From NCBI GenBank assembly GCA_048938005.1, contig JBHLMQ010000020.1, forward strand, positions 1 through 49,955: a DNA stretch of 49,955 bases. Reading direction: 5' to 3'. Positions 38,406 to 48,862 of the stretch are shown here, in pieces. This DNA is from Promethearchaeota archaeon (GTDB lineage: Archaea > Asgardarchaeota > Lokiarchaeia > Sigyniarchaeales > SOKP01). A program made the translations under genes and the position numbers. The notes beneath the pieces are model-generated. The model saw only the letters and a list, made by a program, of their open reading frames with translations. It did not search any database and was not told the DNA's origin. Each line of letters starts with the position of its first letter. Position 1 is the first letter of the stretch.

Positions 38406-39077
38406 ATGAGTCAAAATTTTGATCAAGGATCCTCGGGAACAAGAAGATATGGTTCAGATAGAAGCGATAAATTAGGAGATTCAACAAGTGTTATTACTGT
38501 TAGAATAAATGAGGATTTAAACCAAAATATAGAGAGAATTCGTTCTAAATTAGGTATTTCAAAGGCGGACTTTATTCGTAAATATCTTGACATGTCAAAA
38601 TATTTACTCCTTCAGAACAATGCATTAAAATCACTTAATGATCGAGACTTTATATTAGTCAAAAAAAGTTTTCATAGAAAACTCATCGAAGGGCTGGATG
38701 AGACAGAACAAATAAAAATGGGCTTGAAAACTGCCCGATTTATTAATGATATAGCACGATTGCAAGGACAAATTGATAATATTGAATATAAATTGGATTT
38801 ATGTGAACATTTAGGTTTTTTCACTAAATTTATTGATGAGGAAAATTATATATTGTTTTCAAAGAAATTCGGCCCCCGAAAATTTATAGAGGCTTTTGTT
38901 TATAAATTAATTAATCATGAACCTAAATTTAATTACGATGAACGATTCACTGAAGAAATTATTGGCAGCCAAAGCAAAATTAGAACATCATATGAAAAAT
39001 TAATTCAACCAGTTGAACGCTCATCATCCTATTATTCCTTTGAATTTGCTAAAATCCCTGAAGAAGAAACTGAATAA
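38406..39077 (+). CDS. RHH/CopG-domain protein with uncharacterised C-terminal domain
   Basis: VITVRINEDL...I....GISKADFIRKYL. Confidence 0.7.
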   Translation: MSQNFDQGSSGTRRYGSDRSDKLGDSTSVITVRINEDLNQNIERIRSKLGISKADFIRKYLDMSKYLLLQNNALKSLNDRDFILVKKSFHRKLIEGLDETEQIKMGLKTARFINDIARLQGQIDNIEYKLDLCEHLGFFTKFIDEENYILFSKKFGPRKFIEAFVYKLINHEPKFNYDERFTEEIIGSQSKIRTSYEKLIQPVERSSSYYSFEFAKIPEEETE

Positions 39078-39092
39078 AAAACCGATTACGAT

Positions 39093-40823
39093 CTAACTTT
39101 TATCTACAATTTCTTTTAGTCCTAAAATGGGAACAATTATTTTATTTGGTCGGAATAAAATCTCATAATTTAATTCATGTAGAGCTCTTTCTATATAGAA
39201 ATAGGTAATTAATATATAATGAGCATTTAAATTTTTCAATATTTTTCCTATTAATCTTGATTCCCATATATTAAGAGTATTGAGAACTATATCAAGAACT
39301 TTTTTTAAAGGTCTAGCAGCTCTCCTGAAGAAAAGATTATAAAGAACTTCTTCTGGTACTTCATATTTATCTTTTCGAATAATTTTTTGCTCGATAAACC
39401 TAAGTAATGTGTTAAATTTTATATAACTTAAAGCTCTTAAAAATGAGGCTAGATCTTTTTCAATAGGAAATTTACCTTCTTTTTCTTCCAAAGTAAGTTG
39501 TGGGTCACCCTCAAAATCTATAAAGTAAAAATTATATTGACTGTTGACTTTATTATATAAAATTTGCTCCATATGTAAATCTTGATGTACAGGTTGAATT
39601 CTAATTTCTGGTTCATCATATTCTGCACGAAATTTTTCAATAATATCCTTAATATCTATAAGGATTGAACTTATTTTTGGTAAATTGAAAAATCTGCTTT
39701 CCGGGTGATCAGTCATATGGCTTAATAATTCTGAAACCATTGAGTTCAATCTTTCAGTATAATTTTTAAGATATATCACACTATCAACTGATTCTAGATT
39801 ATACTTTTTTTGGTCTGGTATAACTAAAGATCTATGCAAATTGTTGATATAACTTCCTATCTCCGAAGAAACTCTAATAGTTTCTGTGCAATTCTTTTTA
39901 ATTAACTGAGATATGTTAGTTTTCTCATTAAATTTAGAATAATTATTACTGATATCTACGAATGTTGAGTTAATCATATTATTAAGTTCATTCCAGTATA
40001 TATCACCTACATTTCCTAGATTGGGAACACTTTCGATTATTCCAATGATGTCTTTATTGCGTATTTTAATTGTTCCATAAATTTTCGGTGCGCTTGGAAA
40101 TTTGTTTTTAACCAAAACATATAATGTAGAAGGTTCTAAACTTACAGAATAATCCTTATAAGATTTTAATACATAAGAAATTTGTTTCTGTTTTGGGACC
40201 CTTTTATTAGATATGTTTAATGAAAATAAAACATTAGTAGTATTTCCTTTACCTAATTGATTTATCGAAAGTTTGTATCGATCCGGGTATAATCCTGCCT
40301 CTATTAAGTTCTGTACTTTTTTCATATTAGTTTCATCTTCAAATTGTTTACTATAAAGGGTCAATTCTAAGTCCAATGAGGGAAAATTTTCTGAGATTTC
40401 TGCATCAAATAACATTTTCTTCCAGAAAAAAAGACAAAATTCCGCTTCTAACAAGTTGAGTGTAATAATTTTCTGTTCATTTTGGATAGTCATAGCTAAC
40501 TTTTTACTAAATGTGTTTTCAGTAAGATTTAATATATTCGAACGTGTTTTTTCAGCAGGATCTAAAATTACTTCAATTTTTTCATAATAGATTAAGGGAA
40601 GAAAATAAGTCTTAGAGTAATTAGTAGTCTTTACTTCAATTATTACTAGAAAAATTCTATCTGCAATAATTTCAAAATACTGTAGTAAAACATCAAACTC
40701 TAAATTTGAAAGAGCTGATTTATCACCAAACCATCTTCTTGAAAGAAGCCATCCTTTAAACTCGTTGGAATTACATATTCCTTGAATCACATTTTTATCA
40801 AAATAATTAGTCATAAAAACCAA
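39093..40823 (-). CDS. mak: Maltokinase-like protein (Mak/Pep2 family)
   Basis: WL.SRRWFGDK N-terminus, VLKSY, HQDLHMEQIL, FIDFEGDP, KDLASFLRALSY, ERALHELNYE..RP..VP..GL. Confidence 0.8.
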   Translation of the reverse strand: MVFMTNYFDKNVIQGICNSNEFKGWLLSRRWFGDKSALSNLEFDVLLQYFEIIADRIFLVIIEVKTTNYSKTYFLPLIYYEKIEVILDPAEKTRSNILNLTENTFSKKLAMTIQNEQKIITLNLLEAEFCLFFWKKMLFDAEISENFPSLDLELTLYSKQFEDETNMKKVQNLIEAGLYPDRYKLSINQLGKGNTTNVLFSLNISNKRVPKQKQISYVLKSYKDYSVSLEPSTLYVLVKNKFPSAPKIYGTIKIRNKDIIGIIESVPNLGNVGDIYWNELNNMINSTFVDISNNYSKFNEKTNISQLIKKNCTETIRVSSEIGSYINNLHRSLVIPDQKKYNLESVDSVIYLKNYTERLNSMVSELLSHMTDHPESRFFNLPKISSILIDIKDIIEKFRAEYDEPEIRIQPVHQDLHMEQILYNKVNSQYNFYFIDFEGDPQLTLEEKEGKFPIEKDLASFLRALSYIKFNTLLRFIEQKIIRKDKYEVPEEVLYNLFFRRAARPLKKVLDIVLNTLNIWESRLIGKILKNLNAHYILITYFYIERALHELNYEILFRPNKIIVPILGLKEIVDKS

Positions 40824-40896
40824 TAATCTTTTATAAGTAAAAATTTTTTACATATATTTAACCACCAAAAAAGCATAAAAAAGTGAATTCCCAAAT

Positions 40897-43071
40897 ATGA
40901 GTGAAATCAGTATTCATTTACCTATTGTCTTTCATTTTCATCAACCTGTTGACAATTTTCCGTGGGTATTTGAAGATGTTTATAAAAAATCCTATGAACC
41001 CCTTATTAATAATATCATCCAATTTCCTGATATTAAAGTAGCACTTCATTTTTCTGGTAATTTATTGGAGTGGCTTTTAAAAAATAAACCTGAATTCGTA
41101 GAAAAGATAAAAATCATGGCAAAGAGAAATCAAATAGAGATTATTGGAGGGGGTTATTATGAACCAATATTTGCCATAATTCCTTATCGTGATAAAATTG
41201 CTCAAATGAAAAAGTTATCCGATTTAATTAAGAAGGAGTTTGGTTTGGAAGTCAAGGGTGCTTGGTTATCAGAAAGAGTGTGGGAACCAAATTATCCTTC
41301 ATTTTTGAATGATGCAGGATTAAAATATGTTATCGTAGATGATAATCATTTCCGTTCTACTGGAATTACGGAGGATGGTACTCTTTATTCATATATTACT
41401 GAAGAGGAAGGAAAAACACTGCGAATATTTCCAATTAATGAAGAACTTAGATATTTAACGCCTTGGAAACCAACCTACTACTCTATTGATTATTTGAAAG
41501 AAAAAGCAGATAATATTGGTAATAGAGTGGCATTATTAATATCTGATGCTGAGAAAATGGGCGTTTGGGGCACTACACACCAAATATGTTATGTAGAGGG
41601 GAAGGGACACAAAGATGGAGATGAAGGAAAACCATTTATACCAGCATTTTTTGAACAAATTAAAAATAATTCATGGATTAAATCTATAACCCTTTCTGAA
41701 TATATGGAACGATTTCCAGCAAAAAATTTAATTTATCTTCCAACTGCGAGCTATGATAAAATGGAAGAATGGGTTTTACCAACTCAAATTCGCAAAAATT
41801 TTAAAAAAATAAGGAAATCACTAAAAGATGATGAAGAAAAGAAGGAAATATATCAATTTCTCCGTGGGGGATTTTGGAGGTATTTTTTAGTGAAATACCC
41901 AGAATCTAATAATATGCATAAGAAAATGCTTTATGTTAGAAATAAACTTATTTATGCTGAAGAAAATCTATTAAAAATTGAAAGTGAAAATTTGGTTTCT
42001 GTGATATTAAAGAAAATTAGTGAAGCGTGGGATGAAATCTACAAAGCCCAATGTAATGACTGTTATTGGCATGGTTTGTTTGGAGGTGTTTATTTACAAT
42101 TCTTAAGATTTTCAGTTTATACACATTTAATTAATGCTGAAAGAATTATTGATGAAATTAATACTTTAATCAATCCAAAATTGAAATCTTATATTTATAT
42201 TATGCCAATCGATTTTCTTATGGATAGCAAAACAGAATACTTAATTGAATCAGATATATTTAATATTTATGTTAATCCTGATGATGGTGGAACTATTTTT
42301 GAGTTAGATTTTAAACCCAAAAATTATAATTTGTTAAATACTTTAACACGCTGGCCAGAAGCTTATCATAAGAGTAAGAAGCTTGCTGCAAAAGAAGTTT
42401 TTACTGATAGATTTAGAAGGAGTTTATTACGCCTTAGATTTTTACATAACGAGGTAACACTTGGAGAGATCCAAGCAGATCAATATTATGAGTATGGAGA
42501 TTTTATTGATGGATCCTTCACAGTTACTAGTAGTGAAAAAGAAGGAAACATTGCTATTATAGAAATGGAAAAAACTGGAAGTATAAAAGACCCAGATACC
42601 GATGATAGAAACCCTGTAAGAATTACAAAAGATATTTATATAGAAGATAATGAAATTGAAGTCATTATGAGAATTAATTTCGATGAGATTCCCGGAAAAG
42701 AAGAGATTCTAACCCGTATAATCAAAAACTTAAAATTAGCGATTGATATCCCTTTTTTCTTCAATGGAGATATATCCAAATTCCAATGGGGGAGTGAACA
42801 GGGGGAATTTAAAGATAATGAAGAAAATGAATTATTAGAACCATTTCTATATAAAGGTTCACATTTTAAAGCTTATGATAAAACCTCTGACTTATATTTT
42901 GAATTTGAAATCTCCAGCAAAAGTAACTCAATTAAAATTAATAAATTTCCAATAATCGCAAATGTATATACAGATGAGGGTTATAAAGAGATTTATCAAG
43001 GAATAAATGTTACTCCTCTATTGAAACTTGACAAAAACTTAGAATTTCATCTAAAGCTACAGATTTTTTAA
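40897..43071 (+). CDS. GH57 4-alpha-glucanotransferase / alpha-amylase (DUF1925/DUF1926-type)
   Basis: HFHQP, GGYYEPI, WLSERVWEP, VDDNHF, DAEKMG.W, YPESNNMHKKM, QCNDCYWHGLFGG.Y, TLTRWPEAYH. Confidence 0.92.
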   Translation: MSEISIHLPIVFHFHQPVDNFPWVFEDVYKKSYEPLINNIIQFPDIKVALHFSGNLLEWLLKNKPEFVEKIKIMAKRNQIEIIGGGYYEPIFAIIPYRDKIAQMKKLSDLIKKEFGLEVKGAWLSERVWEPNYPSFLNDAGLKYVIVDDNHFRSTGITEDGTLYSYITEEEGKTLRIFPINEELRYLTPWKPTYYSIDYLKEKADNIGNRVALLISDAEKMGVWGTTHQICYVEGKGHKDGDEGKPFIPAFFEQIKNNSWIKSITLSEYMERFPAKNLIYLPTASYDKMEEWVLPTQIRKNFKKIRKSLKDDEEKKEIYQFLRGGFWRYFLVKYPESNNMHKKMLYVRNKLIYAEENLLKIESENLVSVILKKISEAWDEIYKAQCNDCYWHGLFGGVYLQFLRFSVYTHLINAERIIDEINTLINPKLKSYIYIMPIDFLMDSKTEYLIESDIFNIYVNPDDGGTIFELDFKPKNYNLLNTLTRWPEAYHKSKKLAAKEVFTDRFRRSLLRLRFLHNEVTLGEIQADQYYEYGDFIDGSFTVTSSEKEGNIAIIEMEKTGSIKDPDTDDRNPVRITKDIYIEDNEIEVIMRINFDEIPGKEEILTRIIKNLKLAIDIPFFFNGDISKFQWGSEQGEFKDNEENELLEPFLYKGSHFKAYDKTSDLYFEFEISSKSNSIKINKFPIIANVYTDEGYKEIYQGINVTPLLKLDKNLEFHLKLQIF

Positions 43072-43204
43072 TATTTAAACTTTTGTTTTATATACAATTT
43101 TGTAGATATACGTAAGAATTTTGTCGGATTCGATTAGTTTTAAATATATTAACCGTTAAATAACAATTATAAAAACATAAAAATTCGCCGTGGTTTTGGA
43201 TTTT

Positions 43205-43369
43205 ATGGGAAGTAACGGAAATGGTAATCGGAATGGCTATATTTATACTAAAAAAACATTGAAAACTAATATTGAAAATAATAAATATGTTAAAAATATT
43301 CGAAAGAAGTTAACGGAAGAAAAATTAAAAAAAAAACTTCAGAAAAAGAATTTTTCTAAAAGAACTTAA
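43205..43369 (+). CDS. Basic microprotein (54 aa), not in the supplied ORF track
   Basis: Hand translation MGSNGNGNRNGYIYTKKTLKTNIENNKYVKNIRKKLTEEKLKKKLQKKNFSKRT; resembles the next ORF. Confidence 0.5.
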   Translation: MGSNGNGNRNGYIYTKKTLKTNIENNKYVKNIRKKLTEEKLKKKLQKKNFSKRT

Positions 43370-43516
43370 TTTTTATAATTCTCTTTCTTTCTCTCGTTAT
43401 AAGATTTAAAAAATTTACTCAGAAAGTTTTACTTTGTTAAGCATTACTTTATTATGCCTACTTTTTCTTTTTATTTATGGATATTATTTAAAATTAAAAT
43501 AAAGCCAAATTTAATT

Positions 43517-43663
43517 ATGGGAACTTATTCTGATAATGATAAATGTTTTAGTTGGAATTGTTGCGATGAAAATCTACAAGCGTGTATTGATAGATCAGAA
43601 TATGTTAGAACTCTTAGAAATAAACTGAAAAAGAAGAAATATAAAAAGATTAAAGATAATTAA
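43517..43663 (+). CDS. Basic Cys-containing microprotein (48 aa; track start 43454)
   Basis: MGTYSDNDKCFSWNCCDENLQACIDRSEYVRTLRNKLKKKKYKKIKDN. Confidence 0.5.
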   Translation: MGTYSDNDKCFSWNCCDENLQACIDRSEYVRTLRNKLKKKKYKKIKDN

Positions 43664-43687
43664 TTCGCTACAAATTTTTATTAGTTC

Positions 43688-44380
43688 CTAGGATTCAAAT
43701 CCATATTTTCCAATAAGGGGGACAAAACGTACACCTGTTATTCTTTTTGTTTTAAAATCATCTCCCTGTTTTTGGATCACATATAAATTCTGCGCAAAAT
43801 TTTTAGACCCAGCAGGAATACAAAGAATTCCTCCATCTTTTAGTTGATCTCGCAAGGGAATTGGGATTTTTGTAGGTGAAGCTGCGGTGACTAATATCTT
43901 ATCATAAGGAGCTTCTTTAGGATATCCTAATGTACCATCGCCATGGATTACTGTAACACTATTCTCATATTCAGTTTCTTTAAGACTCATTCTAGCATTT
44001 TCCACCAATTCTTCATGACGTTCAATTGTGAATACATGCCCAGGATTTTCTGAATTTTTTGGTGCGACTAACTCAGCACATAAAGCAGCATGATACCCAG
44101 AACCGGTTCCAATTTCTAAAACCTTATCCCCTTCTTTAAGTTCGAGATATTCACACATCATAGCATTCATATGTGGAGCACTTATGGTTTGTCCTAAACC
44201 AATCGAGAGGGGTGAATCTATATATGCACTCGATTCAGCTTCTTTTGGTACAAATTTATGTCTTGGTACAACTGATATTGCTTTAATTACTTCTGGTTTA
44301 GTTAAAATCCCTCTATCCTTGAGACTTTCGACTAATCGCTTTCTCTTTTCTTCAAAATTCATTTTTAATATTGAAACCAT
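43688..44380 (-). CDS. pcm: Protein-L-isoaspartate O-methyltransferase
   Basis: VPRHKFV, GQTISAPHM, VLEIGTGSGY, GDG.LG....APYDKI.VTAA, FVPL. Confidence 0.94.
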   Translation of the reverse strand: MVSILKMNFEEKRKRLVESLKDRGILTKPEVIKAISVVPRHKFVPKEAESSAYIDSPLSIGLGQTISAPHMNAMMCEYLELKEGDKVLEIGTGSGYHAALCAELVAPKNSENPGHVFTIERHEELVENARMSLKETEYENSVTVIHGDGTLGYPKEAPYDKILVTAASPTKIPIPLRDQLKDGGILCIPAGSKNFAQNLYVIQKQGDDFKTKRITGVRFVPLIGKYGFES

Positions 44381-44421
44381 AATGCTATATTTGGAGCAAT
44401 CTTTAAAAAAAAATCATTTCT

Positions 44422-45744
44422 TTATGTTTTCGAAATGATATAAATTTTATCGTTCATTTTGACTTCTTTATTAATACGCAGATTAACTTTAAAGGGATTA
44501 TCATATCTTTTCTTGTAAATATTTTTTATTTTTTGACCTTTGAAAATCATATGTTTTATTTTTTGAAAATGATATGTATCATTCCCCAAGATGATTATTT
44601 CATCACCTAATTTCAGATTAAATTCTTTAATTTCAATTAAAACATTCGCAGTCATGCTCTTCTTGTCGAATGAAAGAATTTTACCTAAATATTCTTTTTT
44701 ATAGGGAGATATATTTCCTCTTTTTTCTAATTCAATATCCTCGATTGTAGGTCTATGAAAATAGAAACCAGTATGAAACCCTCGATTATATACCTTAGAT
44801 AGTTTTATTAACCATTTTTTTACTTTCTCTTTTGTATAAGATCCATTAAAATAACTATCTATTGCTTCTTTATAACACTCAACTACTGTTTTAACATACA
44901 GAGGATCCTTCATTCTACCTTCAATTTTAAATGCGTCTATGTTTGCATCAATAAGTTGAGGGATATATTCGATCATGCAAAGATCTTTAGCATTCAAAAA
45001 CATTTGACCATCATAGAAAAATTCATTTTTCTCATCATCAATTACTCTCCATTCCCTTCTGCATGGTTGGACACAGTTTCCTCGGTTTGCCGAAAATTCT
45101 TCGGAATCACAAATAACAGCAGAAAGATAACATCTGCCTGAAATTGAAGTGCACATTGACCCGTGGATAAAGGTCTCTATTTGTGTTTTAGTAAGGTGAT
45201 GCTTTATCAGTTTAATCTGTTGAAGTGATAATTCCCTTGCTAATATAATCCTTTCTGCACCCATATCTTCAAAAAATTTTGCAGATTCAATATTTGAGAC
45301 ATTAGCCTGTGTTGAAACGTGAAAATCTAGATTATATCGTTTTGCAATTCTAATTGCTGCAATATCATGAGCAATAATTGCATCAATCCCAGATTCTCTA
45401 GCTTGCGATATAAGATTTTCTAAATCTTGCAATTCAGAATCATAAATTAAAATATTTGTGGTTAAGTAAGCTCTTAATAGTGGATTTTGACTATGACAAA
45501 AATCTACTATTTTGTTTAAATCTTCACGTTCAAAATTTCTTGCCTTTGCTCGCATGTTGTACCTCTGCACACCAAAAAATATAGCATCAGCTAGCCCGTT
45601 TATTAATTTTAACGAATTCCAGTCTTGACAAGGAGCAAGTAATTCGGGACGATATTTTTTGTTAGAAATCATAGATTCAAATAAAATCTCTATCTTATGA
45701 AAAGAAATGATAACTAGTTCTAAAATAGTTTTGTCAAAATACAC
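44422..45744 (-). CDS. Peptidase U32 family protein (possibly RNA hydroxylation; likely start ATG 45672)
   Basis: PELLAP, HVSTQAN, RIILARELS, HGSMC.SISGRC, NRG.C.QPCR, KDLC, KIEGRMK. Confidence 0.9.
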   Translation of the reverse strand: MYFDKTILELVIISFHKIEILFESMISNKKYRPELLAPCQDWNSLKLINGLADAIFFGVQRYNMRAKARNFEREDLNKIVDFCHSQNPLLRAYLTTNILIYDSELQDLENLISQARESGIDAIIAHDIAAIRIAKRYNLDFHVSTQANVSNIESAKFFEDMGAERIILARELSLQQIKLIKHHLTKTQIETFIHGSMCTSISGRCYLSAVICDSEEFSANRGNCVQPCRREWRVIDDEKNEFFYDGQMFLNAKDLCMIEYIPQLIDANIDAFKIEGRMKDPLYVKTVVECYKEAIDSYFNGSYTKEKVKKWLIKLSKVYNRGFHTGFYFHRPTIEDIELEKRGNISPYKKEYLGKILSFDKKSMTANVLIEIKEFNLKLGDEIIILGNDTYHFQKIKHMIFKGQKIKNIYKKRYDNPFKVNLRINKEVKMNDKIYIISKT

Positions 45745-45838
45745 TAATTCTCTATTTTTAGTTTTATGTAAAAATTAAAAGCATTATAAAAATTATTCAA
45801 AAGTAAAATGCTAATAAAATTCTTGAAGGTTTATAAAA

Positions 45839-46405
45839 TTGAAAGTTGTACTCTTTAATGGAAGTCCGCGAAAAAAAGGAAACACATTTCATTGTTTAAA
45901 TTTTGTTATGGACGAACTTATAGCAGCAGGAATTGATTGTGATTATAATTGGATTGGTATGGAAAAGTTGCAAGGCTGCACTGCTTGCATGAAGTGTGTA
46001 GATAACGATGATCAAAAATGTGTATTAACTGGAGATAAAATGAATGTATATATAGAAAAAATGTTAGAATCAGATGGTATAATTATTGGTTCTCCAACTT
46101 ATTTTTCTGATTTATCAACAAGTACAAAGGCTTTAATTGAACGTGCGGGATATGCTACAGGAGGGCATTTAAAACATAAAGTAGGCGCCGCAGTAGTGGC
46201 TGTCAGGAGAGCTGGTGCAAATCATGCATTCTCTAGCATTAATTTCTTCTTTTTGATCAAGCAGATGTTCGTTGTAGGTTCCAGTTATTGGAATTTAGGT
46301 ATTGGAAAGAATCCAGGAGAAGTTTTAGATGATGAAGAAGGTATTAAAACGTTTAAAAATTTAGGTAGAAATTTTGCCTATTTGCTTAAAAAACTAAAAT
46401 CTTAA
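45839..46405 (+). CDS. Iron-sulfur flavoprotein / NADPH-dependent FMN reductase family
   Basis: NGSPRKKGNT, CTACMKC..C, GSPTYF, KALIER, RRAG. Confidence 0.88.
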   Translation: MKVVLFNGSPRKKGNTFHCLNFVMDELIAAGIDCDYNWIGMEKLQGCTACMKCVDNDDQKCVLTGDKMNVYIEKMLESDGIIIGSPTYFSDLSTSTKALIERAGYATGGHLKHKVGAAVVAVRRAGANHAFSSINFFFLIKQMFVVGSSYWNLGIGKNPGEVLDDEEGIKTFKNLGRNFAYLLKKLKS

Positions 46406-46452
46406 TTTTTCTCCTTTTTTTTAAAGAAGTGTAAAATTTATAGAGGAATTAA

Positions 46453-47628
46453 ATGGATACTTTAGAATTAAATAAGGTTAATAAGTTAATTTTAAAAAAA
46501 CAGCACCTTACTGAAGATTCAAAAATTGATGATCTAATTCAAATAACAGATGATGTTTGCGGTTTACATTCGACTAATCTTACAACATCTTTTTTATCAC
46601 TATTTGCAAGAACCAAGAATTTTGAGAAAACCGATTTAGAAAGAGAACTTTATACAAATAGAACTCTCGGCAGGATTCGGGGAATGAGAAAAACTTTATT
46701 TATACAAACTAAAAATATGATTCCTATAGTTTATTCTGCAACTTTTAATATGATTGAGAAATATTTTGAAAAATATATGGAATTTCATAATTTTTCACTG
46801 AAAGAATATCAAGAAGTTTCAGGAAAAATAATGAATATATTAAAAGGGAGGGAATTATCTGCGTCTGAAATAAGAAAAGAACTGAATTCAAACTTAAGTA
46901 TTCCAGCAATTATTCAATTAATGTGTGACAATGGAGTATTACTAAGAGTTAAGCAGATTAAGGATTGGAAAGATAGGCGTAATAAATATGCCCTTTTTAA
47001 AGAATATTTCCCAAGCATCGATTTGAAAAAAATAGATGAAAAGAAAGCAACTCAACTTTTATTAAAAAAATATTTAGAAAGGTATGGACCCGTATCAGAA
47101 AATGATATGTCATGGTGGATAGGATTACCAAAATCACAAATAAGAGAGGCATTAAAAAATATTGAACCTCAACTTAACAAAATAAAAATATCATCGATTA
47201 AAGGGACATTCATAATTTCTAATTCAGACATCGTTCAATTACAGAATAGTACTAATTCTAATAAACCATTATTAACATTATTACCAGAACTTGATCCTTA
47301 TCCAATGGGTTATAAAGAAAGAGAGAGATATATTGAATTTAATAATTATAATAAAGTATTTGATCGTTCGGGTAATATTTCATCATCTATATTTTTAGAT
47401 GGAGTTATTATTGGAGTTTGGGATGCTGAGGAAAAGCCGGAACCAGTTGTTAAATTTTATTTATTTCGCTCAATTGATAAAGATTTATTTGAGGAATTGT
47501 GTTCTAAAGTTCAAAAAATTGGAAAATTTTATTTTAATAAAGAGGTTCCAATTAAGGAATGTGAATCAATGACTCCATTAACAGAAAGAACTGCTGGTGG
47601 TTTTATGAGGCCTCTTAAAAATTGTTAA
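46453..47628 (+). CDS. AlkZ/YcaQ-like (HTH_42) DNA glycosylase family protein
   Basis: GLHST..LSLFAR, MRKTLF, YLERYGP..D..WW.GL, LLP.LDPY.MGYKER, DG.IIGVW. Confidence 0.8.
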   Translation: MDTLELNKVNKLILKKQHLTEDSKIDDLIQITDDVCGLHSTNLTTSFLSLFARTKNFEKTDLERELYTNRTLGRIRGMRKTLFIQTKNMIPIVYSATFNMIEKYFEKYMEFHNFSLKEYQEVSGKIMNILKGRELSASEIRKELNSNLSIPAIIQLMCDNGVLLRVKQIKDWKDRRNKYALFKEYFPSIDLKKIDEKKATQLLLKKYLERYGPVSENDMSWWIGLPKSQIREALKNIEPQLNKIKISSIKGTFIISNSDIVQLQNSTNSNKPLLTLLPELDPYPMGYKERERYIEFNNYNKVFDRSGNISSSIFLDGVIIGVWDAEEKPEPVVKFYLFRSIDKDLFEELCSKVQKIGKFYFNKEVPIKECESMTPLTERTAGGFMRPLKNC

Positions 47629-47658
47629 AAATTAAGGAGTTACGCCCTAGAATAACAT

Positions 47659-48624
47659 TTAGGTTTTATAGTACGGAGATTTTGACAATAATAGAAGTTT
47701 TATTATAGGACTTGCCAAACGAGTAAAAATTCTTCTTTTTCTATAAATCTTCCTTAATTTTTCTATATAATCTTTAAAGCTCTTCCTTTGATAATTAAGC
47801 AGCTTTTGGGATTCTTCAGTATCCATCCAATCAGTGTAAAACCAATCTGAATCTTTTTTTGGTATTTTAAACGCTGAATCAGGTGGCATAGAAATCCCCA
47901 TTATTTCAAACATCTTTTCTGCATAAGTTCTTTGATATATCTGGCAACTTTTTCCGCCCCCAATAAGAAATATCCTATTCTTAATATCAGTTGTAACAGC
48001 GTTCGCAAATGCAGAACCTGCATCCTTGGTATATATTAATTCAATCCTCTGGCTAAGAGGTACTTCATATAGAATAGGATCTATTGTTAGAGGAAATTTC
48101 AGAGAGCCAACTGCGCTTAAACGTAATATTAACCAAGAAAGGCCGCTCTCTCTAACTAATTTTTCTATTTCTACTTTATGATGAGAATAATTATCAATAG
48201 GGTGAAGTGGTTCATCTATACATCGTGGAGGCTCACAATTCATTTTTGGTCCATAAACGGCAACCGAACTGGCAATGATTAGTTTAGGAGGTTTATTTAG
48301 CTTTTTAACAGCTTCAATTAAATTCTTCGTGCCCCCAACGTTTACCTTATATGCAAGATCAGGATTTGTTTCACTTAACGGAGGAACTATTGCAGCAAGA
48401 TGGATAATACAATCTTGATTATATACTGCTTTATTAATTTCATCAAGATTGGTTATATCTCCCCAATAAGTTTCAAAATACCCTTTTTCTGATAATCTCT
48501 TCTTAACTCTTTTAGTTTTAGAATTTTTTCTATCAAAACATCTAACTTGATGTCCTTGTTTTAACAATTTATTTAAAGTACTTTCGCCTATATTACCGAA
48601 AGCACCCGTTAAGAGGATTCGCAT
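47659..48624 (-). CDS. NAD-dependent epimerase/dehydratase (extended SDR)
   Basis: LTGAFGNIG, IIHLAA, VNVGGT.NL, SSVAVYG, YSHHK. Confidence 0.88.
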   Translation of the reverse strand: MRILLTGAFGNIGESTLNKLLKQGHQVRCFDRKNSKTKRVKKRLSEKGYFETYWGDITNLDEINKAVYNQDCIIHLAAIVPPLSETNPDLAYKVNVGGTKNLIEAVKKLNKPPKLIIASSVAVYGPKMNCEPPRCIDEPLHPIDNYSHHKVEIEKLVRESGLSWLILRLSAVGSLKFPLTIDPILYEVPLSQRIELIYTKDAGSAFANAVTTDIKNRIFLIGGGKSCQIYQRTYAEKMFEIMGISMPPDSAFKIPKKDSDWFYTDWMDTEESQKLLNYQRKSFKDYIEKLRKIYRKRRIFTRLASPIIKLLLLSKSPYYKT

Positions 48625-48862
48625 ATCGTTTAAGATCCAACCTATCTATTTAAATATTTTTATAGAAATCCGTTTAAATAACTAGAATCTAGCTTAATCT
48701 TTTTAATATCTTTAAATATATCGAAAATTTTGAATTTTTGATTCCCATCATTAATTAACAATTAATTGATTCCTTATGATTCTGTTTGGTCTGTTTATTT
48801 TATGTTATTCTCATTGAGAAAGAGTGGAATTATTTTTAAGAAATATTAAATTTGACCAAAAT

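Noticed and set aside
43205-43663. N-myristoylation signal in the MG-starting microproteins
   Set aside because: Met-Gly alone is weak evidence and no N-myristoyltransferase is established for archaea.
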